Of a stretch of DNA of 24,484 nt, positions 8,867-17,715 are shown piece after piece. The notes under the pieces are model-generated. The model had not been told where the DNA came from. It searched no databases and saw only the letters and a program-made list of their open reading frames with translations. A program made the position numbers and the translations under genes. The stretch's first letter is position 1; the number at the start of each line of letters is the position of its first letter. The stretch comes from Vulcanisaeta sp. AZ3 (GTDB lineage Archaea; Thermoproteota; Thermoprotei; Thermoproteales; Thermocladiaceae). The stretch is taken from the NCBI GenBank assembly GCA_000960865.2, contig JZWU02000023.1, positions 1 to 24,484 on the forward strand, given 5' to 3'.

Positions 8867-9634
8867 TTGGACTATGGTGACTTAATGGACATACTAATAA
8901 CAATACCCCTCAAGAGTTCATTAATCATTAAATTAAATAGACCTGAGAAGAGGAATGCCTTTAATCTAGAGTTGACGGTTAAGGCGAGGGAAGTTATCAC
9001 GAAAGGTTGTAGTGATGGTAATTATAGAGGTATTATATTAACTGGGGAGGGTAAGGTTTTCTCCGCTGGTTTAGATTTAGCTGAGATTTATGGATTTAAA
9101 ACAATTGATGAAGCTAGGGAGTACTTTATGGCAATAAAAAGCTTGGTCGTGGCCTTGGCTAACTGTGAAAAGCCTGTTGTGGCTTTAGCCAATGGTTCGA
9201 CATATGGCTTTGGAATGGAAGTCCTATACTTCGTTGATCAAGCGATTGCCGTGAGGGGTTCGGAATTCTCATTACCTGGCATTAGGTATGGGCTTGTACC
9301 AGTTACACCAGCCTTCGCTCCATACCTCCTTGGTAGTCTAAGGACTAGGTTTTTCTTTAATAGAGACTTTAAACTGAGTACTGAGGAGGCTCTTAACTGG
9401 GGTATTATACATGGAGTTGTTAATGATGTGAATGAAGGGCTTAACACAGCCCTAGGCATAATAGAGATGATGAGCAGTATACCTCGCAATGTGTATCTTG
9501 AGATTAGGAGATTAGTAATAACATCAATGTTAGGTATGGTTGGAGGTAGATGGGATGAGTTACTTGAGACCCTGGCGAGAGAGTCGATAAAACCCGATGT
9601 TAAGGTTAGGCTGGAGGAGTTTCTTAAAAGGTAA
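8867..9634 (+). CDS. Enoyl-CoA hydratase/isomerase (crotonase) family protein
   Basis: LNRPEKRNA, FSAGLDL, KPVVALANG..YGFGME and EALNWGII motifs. Start may be ATG 8885. Confidence 0.88.
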   Translation: MDYGDLMDILITIPLKSSLIIKLNRPEKRNAFNLELTVKAREVITKGCSDGNYRGIILTGEGKVFSAGLDLAEIYGFKTIDEAREYFMAIKSLVVALANCEKPVVALANGSTYGFGMEVLYFVDQAIAVRGSEFSLPGIRYGLVPVTPAFAPYLLGSLRTRFFFNRDFKLSTEEALNWGIIHGVVNDVNEGLNTALGIIEMMSSIPRNVYLEIRRLVITSMLGMVGGRWDELLETLARESIKPDVKVRLEEFLKR

Positions 9635-9672
9635 ATAAAGTATTAAAAGTTGATTATTCAATAACATAGTTA

Positions 9673-10218
9673 ATGTCCGTAATATTTCACGGCAGCTCCT
9701 ACTCCGTAATACTCAATAAGGACTGCATAGTATTTAGGCCAGATAAAGTGAAAGCGCGGGTATTAATTCTAACGCCACCCAGTGTGAAGCCCCAATTTTT
9801 CTCAATACTTGCTGTACTACTTACTAAGGCAAATATTGAGGTTGTGATGCCTAAATTACCTCTGCCTTGTGATCAAATGGCGCTTAAGGGTATTGTTATG
9901 AAGACTATAAACCTGAATAAACCTGACCTAATACTTATTATGGGATTTAGCATAGATAAAGTTAACATGCCCAAAGTAACTCTTGGCTTTAACGAGAATG
10001 TCATGAATTGGTTAATAAGACAGAACATACCTGGGTCTGTCTACGAATCTCCAGCGAACGATTGCAATTGGTTTAGGACTAAAAAAATCGACGCCGACCT
10101 TGTTATTTCTGAGGATCAAATCATGTTGAATTCCATAATAAAAATTAAGGAGTTTTTACTTAATAAAACTGGTAATCTTTCTGGGTTAGGTGAGGCACGT
10201 GAAAGTACGCATAAATAG
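9673..10218 (+). CDS. Hypothetical protein, possibly degenerate alpha/beta-hydrolase fold
   Basis: 181 aa ORF filling the gap, with TATA-like TTAAAA about 28 nt upstream. Only weak motif resemblance to a known family. Confidence 0.65.
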   Translation: MSVIFHGSSYSVILNKDCIVFRPDKVKARVLILTPPSVKPQFFSILAVLLTKANIEVVMPKLPLPCDQMALKGIVMKTINLNKPDLILIMGFSIDKVNMPKVTLGFNENVMNWLIRQNIPGSVYESPANDCNWFRTKKIDADLVISEDQIMLNSIIKIKEFLLNKTGNLSGLGEARESTHK

Positions 10219-10228
10219 GGTTCCCTAG

Positions 10229-10902
10229 GTGTGTATGTTTGTGAGAATACCATTATTTATTGAGTTTAACGATAGGAATGTGCTGGTTATTGGGGGTGGT
10301 AATGTTGGCACTCGCAGGGCACTTAAATTCCTCACGGCAGGAGCAAACATTAGAGTTCTTAGCCTTGAGTTCAGTGATGAATTGGTTAAGTATGCTGAGC
10401 AGGGTAATGTTGAGTTAGTTAAGGGTGATGCTGGAGATATAGAGTTACTCCGTAAGAATATTGAATGGGCTGACTTGGTGATTATTGCAACAAGTAATCC
10501 AGAAATTAATGAGAATGTCAGAAAAATAGCAAGAGGTCTTAGGAAGTTTTTAATGATGTAACCAATGCCGAGGAGACTGAGGTTGTTGTACCATTTGAGA
10601 GTGAGGTTAATGGTATTAGGATTGCCGTGACTACGGAGGGACTTAGCGGTGTTATGGCCAGGAGAACAATCAACAAAGTGATTGCTATGTTAAAGAATGA
10701 TGAAGAGTTAATGAAGATGAGCAACGTGTGGTATGCTGTGAAGCGTAGAATTAAGGAGTCAATTAATGATGTAAGGGTAAGATTAAAATTATACATGGAG
10801 CTTGATAATGATGAGAAATTTAACGAGCTTGCAAAGAGGGGTGATATCGAGGAGGCTTTGGAATACGTTATGAAGAAAATTGAGGAACGGGAAAGAGGTT
10901 AG
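10229..10902 (+). pseudogene. sirC: Precorrin-2 dehydrogenase/sirohydrochlorin ferrochelatase (SirC / CysG N-terminal), split by a 1-nt frameshift (possible sequencing error)
   Basis: 5' part has RIPLFIEF..RNVLVIGGGNVGTRR (Rossmann) and IIATSN. Adding 1 nt at TTTTTAA (10547-10553) gives RKF-x-NDVTNAEETEVVVPF..GIRIAVTTEG.SG, continuous with ORF 10627-10902, for about 220 aa in total. Confidence 0.88.
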
Positions 10903-11558
10903 GGGCCGCCAAAGGCTCTATCTCCAGCGTCGCCAAGGCCAGGTACTATATATCCCTTGTCATTGATCTCGGGATCTATGGATACCGTGTATATTTCAAC
11001 GAATGGATACTCCCTAAGCACTCTCTCAATGCCGTACTTAGTAGATATTACACTAACTATTATCGTCCTCCTGGGATTCCCGTATTCAAGGACGCGCTTT
11101 AGAACTGCCGTTATTGTTGACCCTGTAGCAAGCATTGGGTCTGCAATGATTAATGTATCCTCATTAAGAATTCTGGGAACCTTAACATAAGTAATCTCAA
11201 TGTCAAAGTTGAGAGAATTAAGTTTGTGAGACTCCTCAACCCTTCTAGCGCTTACGACACCCATTCTTGCATTTGCGAAGATCTTAACGAGACCTTCAAC
11301 CAAAGGCATTGCAGCCCTGAGAACTTGAATTATGACCACGTGATCAAGATCTCTAATCCTAACTCCCCTGGCCTTAACACCCAACGGTGTTTCTACCTCT
11401 ACTATTTCAATATCCATTGACTTAATTATCTCATAACCAATCAACCTACCAAGCCTAACAAGTCCCTTCCTAAACTCTATTTGCTTCGTATTCCTATCCC
11501 TAAGAGTTGTTAAAATAGCTTGAGCTAATGGATGATCGACAATTATGACCCTCCCCAA
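10899..11558 (-). CDS. upp: Uracil phosphoribosyltransferase
   Basis: HPL....[22 protein letters not shown] (PRPP loop) and [15 protein letters not shown]. Stop codon overlaps the convergent sirC stop. Confidence 0.97.
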   Translation of the reverse strand: MGRVIIVDHPLAQAILTTLRDRNTKQIEFRKGLVRLGRLIGYEIIKSMDIEIVEVETPLGVKARGVRIRDLDHVVIIQVLRAAMPLVEGLVKIFANARMGVVSARRVEESHKLNSLNFDIEITYVKVPRILNEDTLIIADPMLATGSTITAVLKRVLEYGNPRRTIIVSVISTKYGIERVLREYPFVEIYTVSIDPEINDKGYIVPGLGDAGDRAFGGP

Positions 11559-11628
11559 GGTGAACCCGCAATTACGTGAAAGACATGCATTTAAAAGAGT
11601 TTCTCATGTATTACCTTAGTGGTATTTC

Positions 11629-11677
11629 ATGAAGATTATGGTAGCCGCTGATGAGTGATGAAGGTCCAAAGCGCAGA
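11629..11677 (+). ncRNA. Box C/D methylation-guide sRNA (predicted tRNA-Gln U34 guide)
   Basis: C ATGAAGA 11629-11635, 12-nt guide TTATGGTAGCCG, D' CTGA 11648-11651, C' GTGATGA 11655-11661, 12-nt guide AGGTCCAAAGCG, D CAGA 11674-11677. Intergenic, with TTTAAA at 11590-11595. Confidence 0.8.
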
Positions 11678-11687
11678 TCTCTAGGGC

Positions 11688-12632
11688 TTAGTAATTCGAT
11701 ACCTTTACCTTAATTGAGCTCAGGTCAAGCTCAATGAGCTCAAGCCTATTAATATTGAGGTAGGACTTAAGGGCATTCACAAATTCATAAAATCCTCTCT
11801 GCGGATTTAGGAGCGGTGCCTTGTATTGAGCACCCGAGGCATACTTATGCCCACCACCACCTAGTTTAGTGGCGACTTGAGTACAGTCATAGGGTCCATC
11901 CCTACCTGCACCACAGTAATACCTAAAAGTTCTTCTACCTTTCCTCAATAATATATTGACCATCTTAGCACCCCTATGCTGAAGCTCTATTGTTAATTGT
12001 CTATACGATATGCCTAGGTCTGTTGGACTATAGATGTTAATTATATCCCTAATGGGTATCTTATCTGCGATCTCAAGCATTAATCTCTTAGCCCTACTGC
12101 CCCTCTCCACAAGCTTACGCATTCTTAAACTCTCTAACGCACCTAACCCATTAATAGCAAGGTTTTTAGCAATGAATAACTTCTCTGAATAAGATGCAAA
12201 CCTAACTGCCAAATCCAACTCCTCAGCCTCCTTACTACTTATACTAGCAGTATCCGTCTCAATAGCAACCTTAACTAAATTATTAGTTATGGGGTCATTA
12301 TCCAGGTTTAGAGCCTTCATTGCCATTAATGCTGAACAAGGTGCCTCTGGATCGTAGAACTCAACCTTAGCACAAGGCTTGTTAGTCCTATGATGATCAG
12401 CCCTCACTAATACCTTACCTGGACAGGGTAAATCAGCCACAAAAGTCCAATAGAACCACCTAACCCATCTAGATTTATTAACCTCGCTAGGTGGCATGAG
12501 AACCACGATACCATTGGGATATCTCCTTAGGAATATGGCTGCGCTGGTTATGCCATCAACATCTCCGCTATCACACAACGCCAAGGGCCTATTGACCAGC
12601 TTAGCCCATAATGCCATTAAGAATCTTCTCAT
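11688..12632 (-). CDS. DHH/DHHA1-family phosphoesterase
   Basis: DVDG, AD, ADHH and TD motifs plus the C-terminal GGGGH..ASG (DHHA1) motif. Confidence 0.85.
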   Translation of the reverse strand: MRRFLMALWAKLVNRPLALCDSGDVDGITSAAIFLRRYPNGIVVLMPPSEVNKSRWVRWFYWTFVADLPCPGKVLVRADHHRTNKPCAKVEFYDPEAPCSALMAMKALNLDNDPITNNLVKVAIETDTASISSKEAEELDLAVRFASYSEKLFIAKNLAINGLGALESLRMRKLVERGSRAKRLMLEIADKIPIRDIINIYSPTDLGISYRQLTIELQHRGAKMVNILLRKGRRTFRYYCGAGRDGPYDCTQVATKLGGGGHKYASGAQYKAPLLNPQRGFYEFVNALKSYLNINRLELIELDLSSIKVKVSNY

Positions 12633-12665
12633 AGTACTTCCTTCGTTTTAAGGCCCTAAATAAAC

Positions 12666-13418
12666 TTATTTCTTCTTACTACTAAGATATCTTGAACAAA
12701 CTGGACAATCTTCAACCCTACTTAACGTCACTTCATCAATGACCCAGTTCTTACCGTCAATAATTAATAATCTGTTCATTAATGGCTCGCCAATGCCCGT
12801 AATTAATTTAATGGCCTCAAGAACCTCTATAGAAGCCACAACACCAACAACAGGACCGATTACTGGACAAAATCCAGTGCATTGAGGCAACGACCTAGCT
12901 TGGACAATTTCATAGAGACACGGTGTCTTACCTGGTATTATAGTGGTAACTTGCCCATACCAACCATTCACAGCACCGTGGACCAGAGGCTTACCCAACC
13001 TAACAATACTTTCGTTTAGAATCTGCCTGCTAAGCCAATTGTCAAGAGCATCGATAACTACATCGACATTACTGATTATACTATCGACATTCTCATAAGT
13101 CAAAGCCTCATTTATGGGCTTTATGTTTATCGTGGAATTTAACGAACGAAGTTTCTCTATGGCAACCTCAACCTTAGGCCTACCAACATCTCTCTCGCTA
13201 TAGAGTAGTTGTCTATGTAAGTCAGTTAGGTTAACAATGTCATAATCAACGAGAACTAACTCACCCACACCAGCGCCTGCGAGGTAAAGGGATATGAGGG
13301 AACCTAAACCGCCAAGACCAATCACCGCAACCCGCGCCTTAGCTAACTTTTCCTGGCCCTCCTTACCAATCACTGCGACTTGCCTTGAATACCTATCAAG
13401 AAGTAGCATGGAGCTCAT
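12666..13418 (-). CDS. ThiF/MoeB/UbaA family E1-like adenylyltransferase
   Basis: RYSRQ, GLGGLG, DYD.V..TDLHRQ, DALDN and C-terminal CPVC. Confidence 0.93.
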   Translation of the reverse strand: MSSMLLLDRYSRQVAVIGKEGQEKLAKARVAVIGLGGLGSLISLYLAGAGVGELVLVDYDIVNLTDLHRQLLYSERDVGRPKVEVAIEKLRSLNSTINIKPINEALTYENVDSIISNVDVVIDALDNWLSRQILNESIVRLGKPLVHGAVNGWYGQVTTIIPGKTPCLYEIVQARSLPQCTGFCPVIGPVVGVVASIEVLEAIKLITGIGEPLMNRLLIIDGKNWVIDEVTLSRVEDCPVCSRYLSSKKK

Positions 13419-13909
13419 CTAAGCTAGACCTAGATGGATACTAAATATAAATGTTGTTAATATTAGTTTCTTAATTCCATAGAGGGAAACTCATTAGAAT
13501 AAGCACTTTACATTATCTTGATCATGGTGTTGTATTATCTCGACAATCAATGTATACCCTTATATAAAACTGAGTAAAACCAATTCCTTTCATTAATATG
13601 GATTGTTAAATAAGAACCGCTGATTCTATAATGAATCTTCAGAGAGAATCTTTCCAAAAGACCTCGCCCTTTCTTACTTCAGGGAATTATTTATCGCTTT
13701 TATCCTCATTATCCGTACTTGATTTCTACGCCTCGCTTGTCCAATGGTAAATCACTAGCTTAGTCTTCGGCCAAATTATCCTCACCCTCTATCTAGAACT
13801 TGGAGATACATTCAAGAAAGATGCATAAGTATTGTTCGAATATGTAATAAAAGTCTTGTAGAACGTTCCATTATTTTGAACGAATTTCGAAATAGATTAA
13901 GATTTATAG

Positions 13910-15085
13910 TTATTTTGTCAGGAACTTAATGATTGAGAATAGTACTAAGGCAGTGATGTATATTAATAGGGCTGCTAAGGCGATACCCCCAAGGCCTAAG
14001 GCTGAAAATGCATAACTGCTTAGAATACTACCGGCACCCATGCCGAATCCCAGGACAAGGCTGTATAGACCCATTGAGGAGCCTCTCATGCTAATTATTG
14101 ATTTATCACCAGTTAAGGCGAGTATTGAGGGTACAACAGCCGATGCCATGAATATGAATGGTGATGCCACAGCAACTGCAATTAATGGGTTTATACCTAA
14201 GATCAATAGTACCGTTAGTATTGCAAGGCCTATAGAAACACCCACTATCCCAATACTCATGATCCTGACCCTGCCAATCTTATCAGATAGATGACCGAAG
14301 ACCACAGAACCGAGTCCAATTACGATGGTTGCACCAAGTAGTAGAAAACCAACATGAATAGGTAGTATACCAGGTATAGTTCTCAATGCCCTACCTGCGT
14401 AAATGGCTACGCCAAGTATTGTAGTTATTGCAAACCAAATTGGCAATGGAGCCCATGCGTCCCTAGATAAACCCCTAAACGGGTTCAAGTATATTTTACT
14501 GCCTATGGACCCTTTTGTTTCAGGGATGTACTTAACAATAGCAGCATAGATTACCACTAGAATGGTTAATAGGATTAGGAAGGAGTAATCGGCATAGGCT
14601 GGATTAATTGCCGTGGTTAATTGATAAAGGACTGAACCCACGAGATAGCCTAGGGCATAACCAAAGATATTTAGGAAATCAAAGACACCCATACCTATAC
14701 CCCTATGACCCCTCTCAGTGAGATCTGTTATCATGGTTAGGGTAGAAACTAAAACAAGGGCAGCGCCGAAGCCCATCAAACCATTGATTAAGGCAACCCA
14801 CGTAGGGTTATTAATGAGGCTTAACATAACGTATAGGAGTAACATGAAGATTAGGATCCATGAATAACCAACTATGAATGTAATTCTCCTGCCAAGGATA
14901 TCAGTCATGTGACCAGCAGCAAAGGAACTAAGAGCCTCAACGAATGGGTAGGAAGCAAGTATAAAGCCAACAATTATATTACCACCAGATGCTAGGTAAG
15001 ATATTAGGAACGTATTTGCTCCAGAACTCATCCTAACCACGAATATTGGAATGTATGGCATGGACAATCTTCTAGCACCGTTCAT
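13910..15085 (-). CDS. Major facilitator superfamily transporter
   Basis: About 12 hydrophobic segments with MFS motif A twice (GHMTDILGRR, GHLSDKIGRV). Confidence 0.92.
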   Translation of the reverse strand: MNGARRLSMPYIPIFVVRMSSGANTFLISYLASGGNIIVGFILASYPFVEALSSFAAGHMTDILGRRITFIVGYSWILIFMLLLYVMLSLINNPTWVALINGLMGFGAALVLVSTLTMITDLTERGHRGIGMGVFDFLNIFGYALGYLVGSVLYQLTTAINPAYADYSFLILLTILVVIYAAIVKYIPETKGSIGSKIYLNPFRGLSRDAWAPLPIWFAITTILGVAIYAGRALRTIPGILPIHVGFLLLGATIVIGLGSVVFGHLSDKIGRVRIMSIGIVGVSIGLAILTVLLILGINPLIAVAVASPFIFMASAVVPSILALTGDKSIISMRGSSMGLYSLVLGFGMGAGSILSSYAFSALGLGGIALAALLIYITALVLFSIIKFLTK

Positions 15086-15107
15086 TAACGCACTATGGAA
15101 GTAGAAC

Positions 15108-15124
15108 CCTTAAAATATTTAAGG
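15108..15124. promoter_or_regulatory. Back-to-back TATA boxes of a divergent promoter (MFS / hemerythrin-like gene)
   Basis: Near-perfect palindrome CCTTAAAATATTTAAGG. Each TTTAAGG half ends 22 nt before its ATG (15085 minus, 15147 plus). Confidence 0.6.
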
Positions 15125-15146
15125 TAATGAAGTACCTTATGGACTA

Positions 15147-15602
15147 ATGGATTTAGTGGAACTCCTAATGGTTGAGCATGGAATATTTAAGGTGAGATTC
15201 ATGTACCTAACCAAACTGTCTGACAATGAATTTTGGGAGGAGTTCGCGAAAATTCATGATTTCATAATAAATGTGCATGCAAAGATGGAGGACTTATACG
15301 TATTTCCCCTTGCCCCAGACTTGGCTAAACCCTTCGCAGCTGATCATAAACTAATTGAAAAGTTTGGTAGTTATTTAATGAGTACGAGAGATAGAGATAG
15401 GTTTGAAAGATATGTAGCAACCGTAACGTACCATAATGATCATGAAGAGACCGATCTATTTCCAAAAATAGGAACCGTTGAGACGAGGATGGACGTAATT
15501 AGGAATTATGGAATAGATAGGTATAGGGCAATTACTGGAATAAATATAGAGGCATTGATAAGCAGGACAGGAGGAACGTACCAAAAAACTAATAAGGAAT
15601 AA
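15147..15602 (+). CDS. Hemerythrin-like (HHE cation-binding) domain protein
   Basis: LMVEH...VHAKMED.YVFP...ADH...YHNDHEETDLFP: duplicated H..HxxxE pattern. Confidence 0.85.
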   Translation: MDLVELLMVEHGIFKVRFMYLTKLSDNEFWEEFAKIHDFIINVHAKMEDLYVFPLAPDLAKPFAADHKLIEKFGSYLMSTRDRDRFERYVATVTYHNDHEETDLFPKIGTVETRMDVIRNYGIDRYRAITGINIEALISRTGGTYQKTNKE

Positions 15603-15617
15603 GTTACCATAGAAGGC

Positions 15618-15691
<74 letters not shown>

Positions 15692-15727
15692 CTATATTTT
15701 CTTTATTGATTTTTAACTTATTCATGA

Positions 15728-17611
15728 TTATTGTGATTCAAATTTACTCGGTGGGATTGGATCTCCGTAAAGTCTCCTTGCCTCTAGTAATCTTTGTCTT
15801 TGTTCTTCAAGCACGTCGAAGAGCCTTTTTGGTGTTGTTGGTATTTCAGAGTATATTTTCCATATTCTATCAATCTTCTCAAGATGCTTAGCCACCCTTA
15901 TCGCAAATTGTTTATTATAATCTTCTAAGCTATAATCCCTGTTGAGTACCTCGTGGAATAACTCCCTGAGATCCTCATACTTCGGTACATAACCTATTGG
16001 TGTTGAAATAGCTCCTAACTCATTGTGCACCCTCCTCTCCATCCACTGCAACCAAACCCTCTTATCCTCCTTACTATTCAGGAACTTACCCTGTTCATCT
16101 CTAAGGAAGTAGTTTACACCGAAAATTTTTGGAGGCTTTGGTAAGTTATCACCAAACTTAAGATAATTACTTATATAAACTCCCAAATCGACAGATAGAA
16201 AGTCCAGGTTAGCCATGGGATTGAACTCCCTCTCACCCGGCTTACCAATCACTGCAGCAGTTCTCTCAGATTCAAGAGATGCAGCTATCGTGACGACGCC
16301 ATGTTCCCAATCGAAAGCCTCGAACACGGGAACCCAAGTATCTGGGTCTCTACCTCCAAATATTAATCCACCAACAACTACACCTTCAGGATCATCATAC
16401 CTAGGATCGAGGTTCCTAAATGCCCTTAACGATACTGTGAACCTTGCATTGGGGTGAGATGGAGGTACTGGATTACCTTTATCATCAGTCTTTCCTTTCC
16501 ACCATCTACCTGTGTAATTAATACCTCTCTCCGGAACTGGCTCACCCTTACCATTCCAATAAACGTTTCCATCCTCAGTGACGAGAACGTTGGAGAATAT
16601 AATCTCGCCGGGCTTAGTAAGCACTTCATAAATCAATGGATCATCCACAGGATTGATACCCTCAATAATGCCGAAGACTCCAGCCTCGGGATTTACAGCC
16701 CTAACCTCACCGTTAATGTTCCTAAGGAATGCCAGATCATCACCTATTAACTTACCAAGCATTGCAGTTGATGTCTTACCTGAGTAGGATGGGTAAGCTC
16801 CCGTGAAGTACGTAACCCTACCTCCAGGTCCTTCAACACCAATTATAAACATATGCTCACTAAGCCAATCCTCCTCCATAGCCCTCTTTATGGTGAGCCT
16901 CAACGCCAATTTCTTCAAGCCTATACTATTACCCCCGTACTGAGTATTTACTGAGTACACAGTCTCACCAACGAGATCTATGTATATTCTCCTCCGCCCA
17001 ATATTCTTACTTTGCTTCATCTCATTAAGCTCGCCCTGCGAGTGAAGGAACCTTAGGAATTTAGCTCCCTCACCCTGCTTTACGAATTCATCATAGGCAG
17101 GTCTATAGAGAATGTTTTCATTATGCATCACATAGTACGAATCCGTTATTTGAAGAGCCAATATACTGAAAGGTGAACTCTTAGGACCTAAGGAATAAAA
17201 GCCTACGAGCATCTCCCTACCTTTCATTACACCATCCAATAATGAGAACATCTCCCTAAGACCCTCATCACGATCCTTAGTCCTTATGAAAGGTAGCTTT
17301 TGACTACTCGGTAAAAGTATTGCTGTGTCTTCACGGGCTCTTGCTTGGTCGTAGGGACTGTCGAAATGTACCGTATGACCTGACATTTTTAGAGGTATCT
17401 CTTCACCAGTCTCGATAGCCTTTCTCCTAATATACTCGAGATCTTCAGGGCCCCCCGTGGATATAAATACGGAATCCGGTTTGCATAATTCTATAGCCCA
17501 TGCTATGAATTTATGAACCTCTTTATTTCTTATCGCCATTAATCTTCGGTACATGTCATCGCTCATTTTACTCTTGAGCACGCGATCGACCTCATCCACA
17601 CTCGGCTCCAT
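15728..17611 (-). CDS. pckG: Phosphoenolpyruvate carboxykinase (GTP-dependent)
   Basis: DQAR, QITDS.YV, YGGNSIGLKK, WLSEHM, PSYSGKTST, GDD, NPEAG.FG, HPNARFT, FGGR, NPMA and VNYF motifs. ATG 17611 preferred over the track start at 17629. Confidence 0.95.
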   Translation of the reverse strand: MEPSVDEVDRVLKSKMSDDMYRRLMAIRNKEVHKFIAWAIELCKPDSVFISTGGPEDLEYIRRKAIETGEEIPLKMSGHTVHFDSPYDQARAREDTAILLPSSQKLPFIRTKDRDEGLREMFSLLDGVMKGREMLVGFYSLGPKSSPFSILALQITDSYYVMHNENILYRPAYDEFVKQGEGAKFLRFLHSQGELNEMKQSKNIGRRRIYIDLVGETVYSVNTQYGGNSIGLKKLALRLTIKRAMEEDWLSEHMFIIGVEGPGGRVTYFTGAYPSYSGKTSTAMLGKLIGDDLAFLRNINGEVRAVNPEAGVFGIIEGINPVDDPLIYEVLTKPGEIIFSNVLVTEDGNVYWNGKGEPVPERGINYTGRWWKGKTDDKGNPVPPSHPNARFTVSLRAFRNLDPRYDDPEGVVVGGLIFGGRDPDTWVPVFEAFDWEHGVVTIAASLESERTAAVIGKPGEREFNPMANLDFLSVDLGVYISNYLKFGDNLPKPPKIFGVNYFLRDEQGKFLNSKEDKRVWLQWMERRVHNELGAISTPIGYVPKYEDLRELFHEVLNRDYSLEDYNKQFAIRVAKHLEKIDRIWKIYSEIPTTPKRLFDVLEEQRQRLLEARRLYGDPIPPSKFESQ

Positions 17612-17715
17612 TAAGAATAAGACCACCAATGGACTTATAACTATTTCTCTAGAATAAATTAATTTCTCAATAACAATATATTGATGGTCAACTCTACAAA
17701 CTCATTAAACCTCCT

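Noticed and set aside
16770-16800. PEPCK P-loop reads PSYSGKT instead of PSACGKT
   Set aside because: The Lys/Thr and all other catalytic motifs are intact; this is likely ordinary lineage variation rather than a new function.
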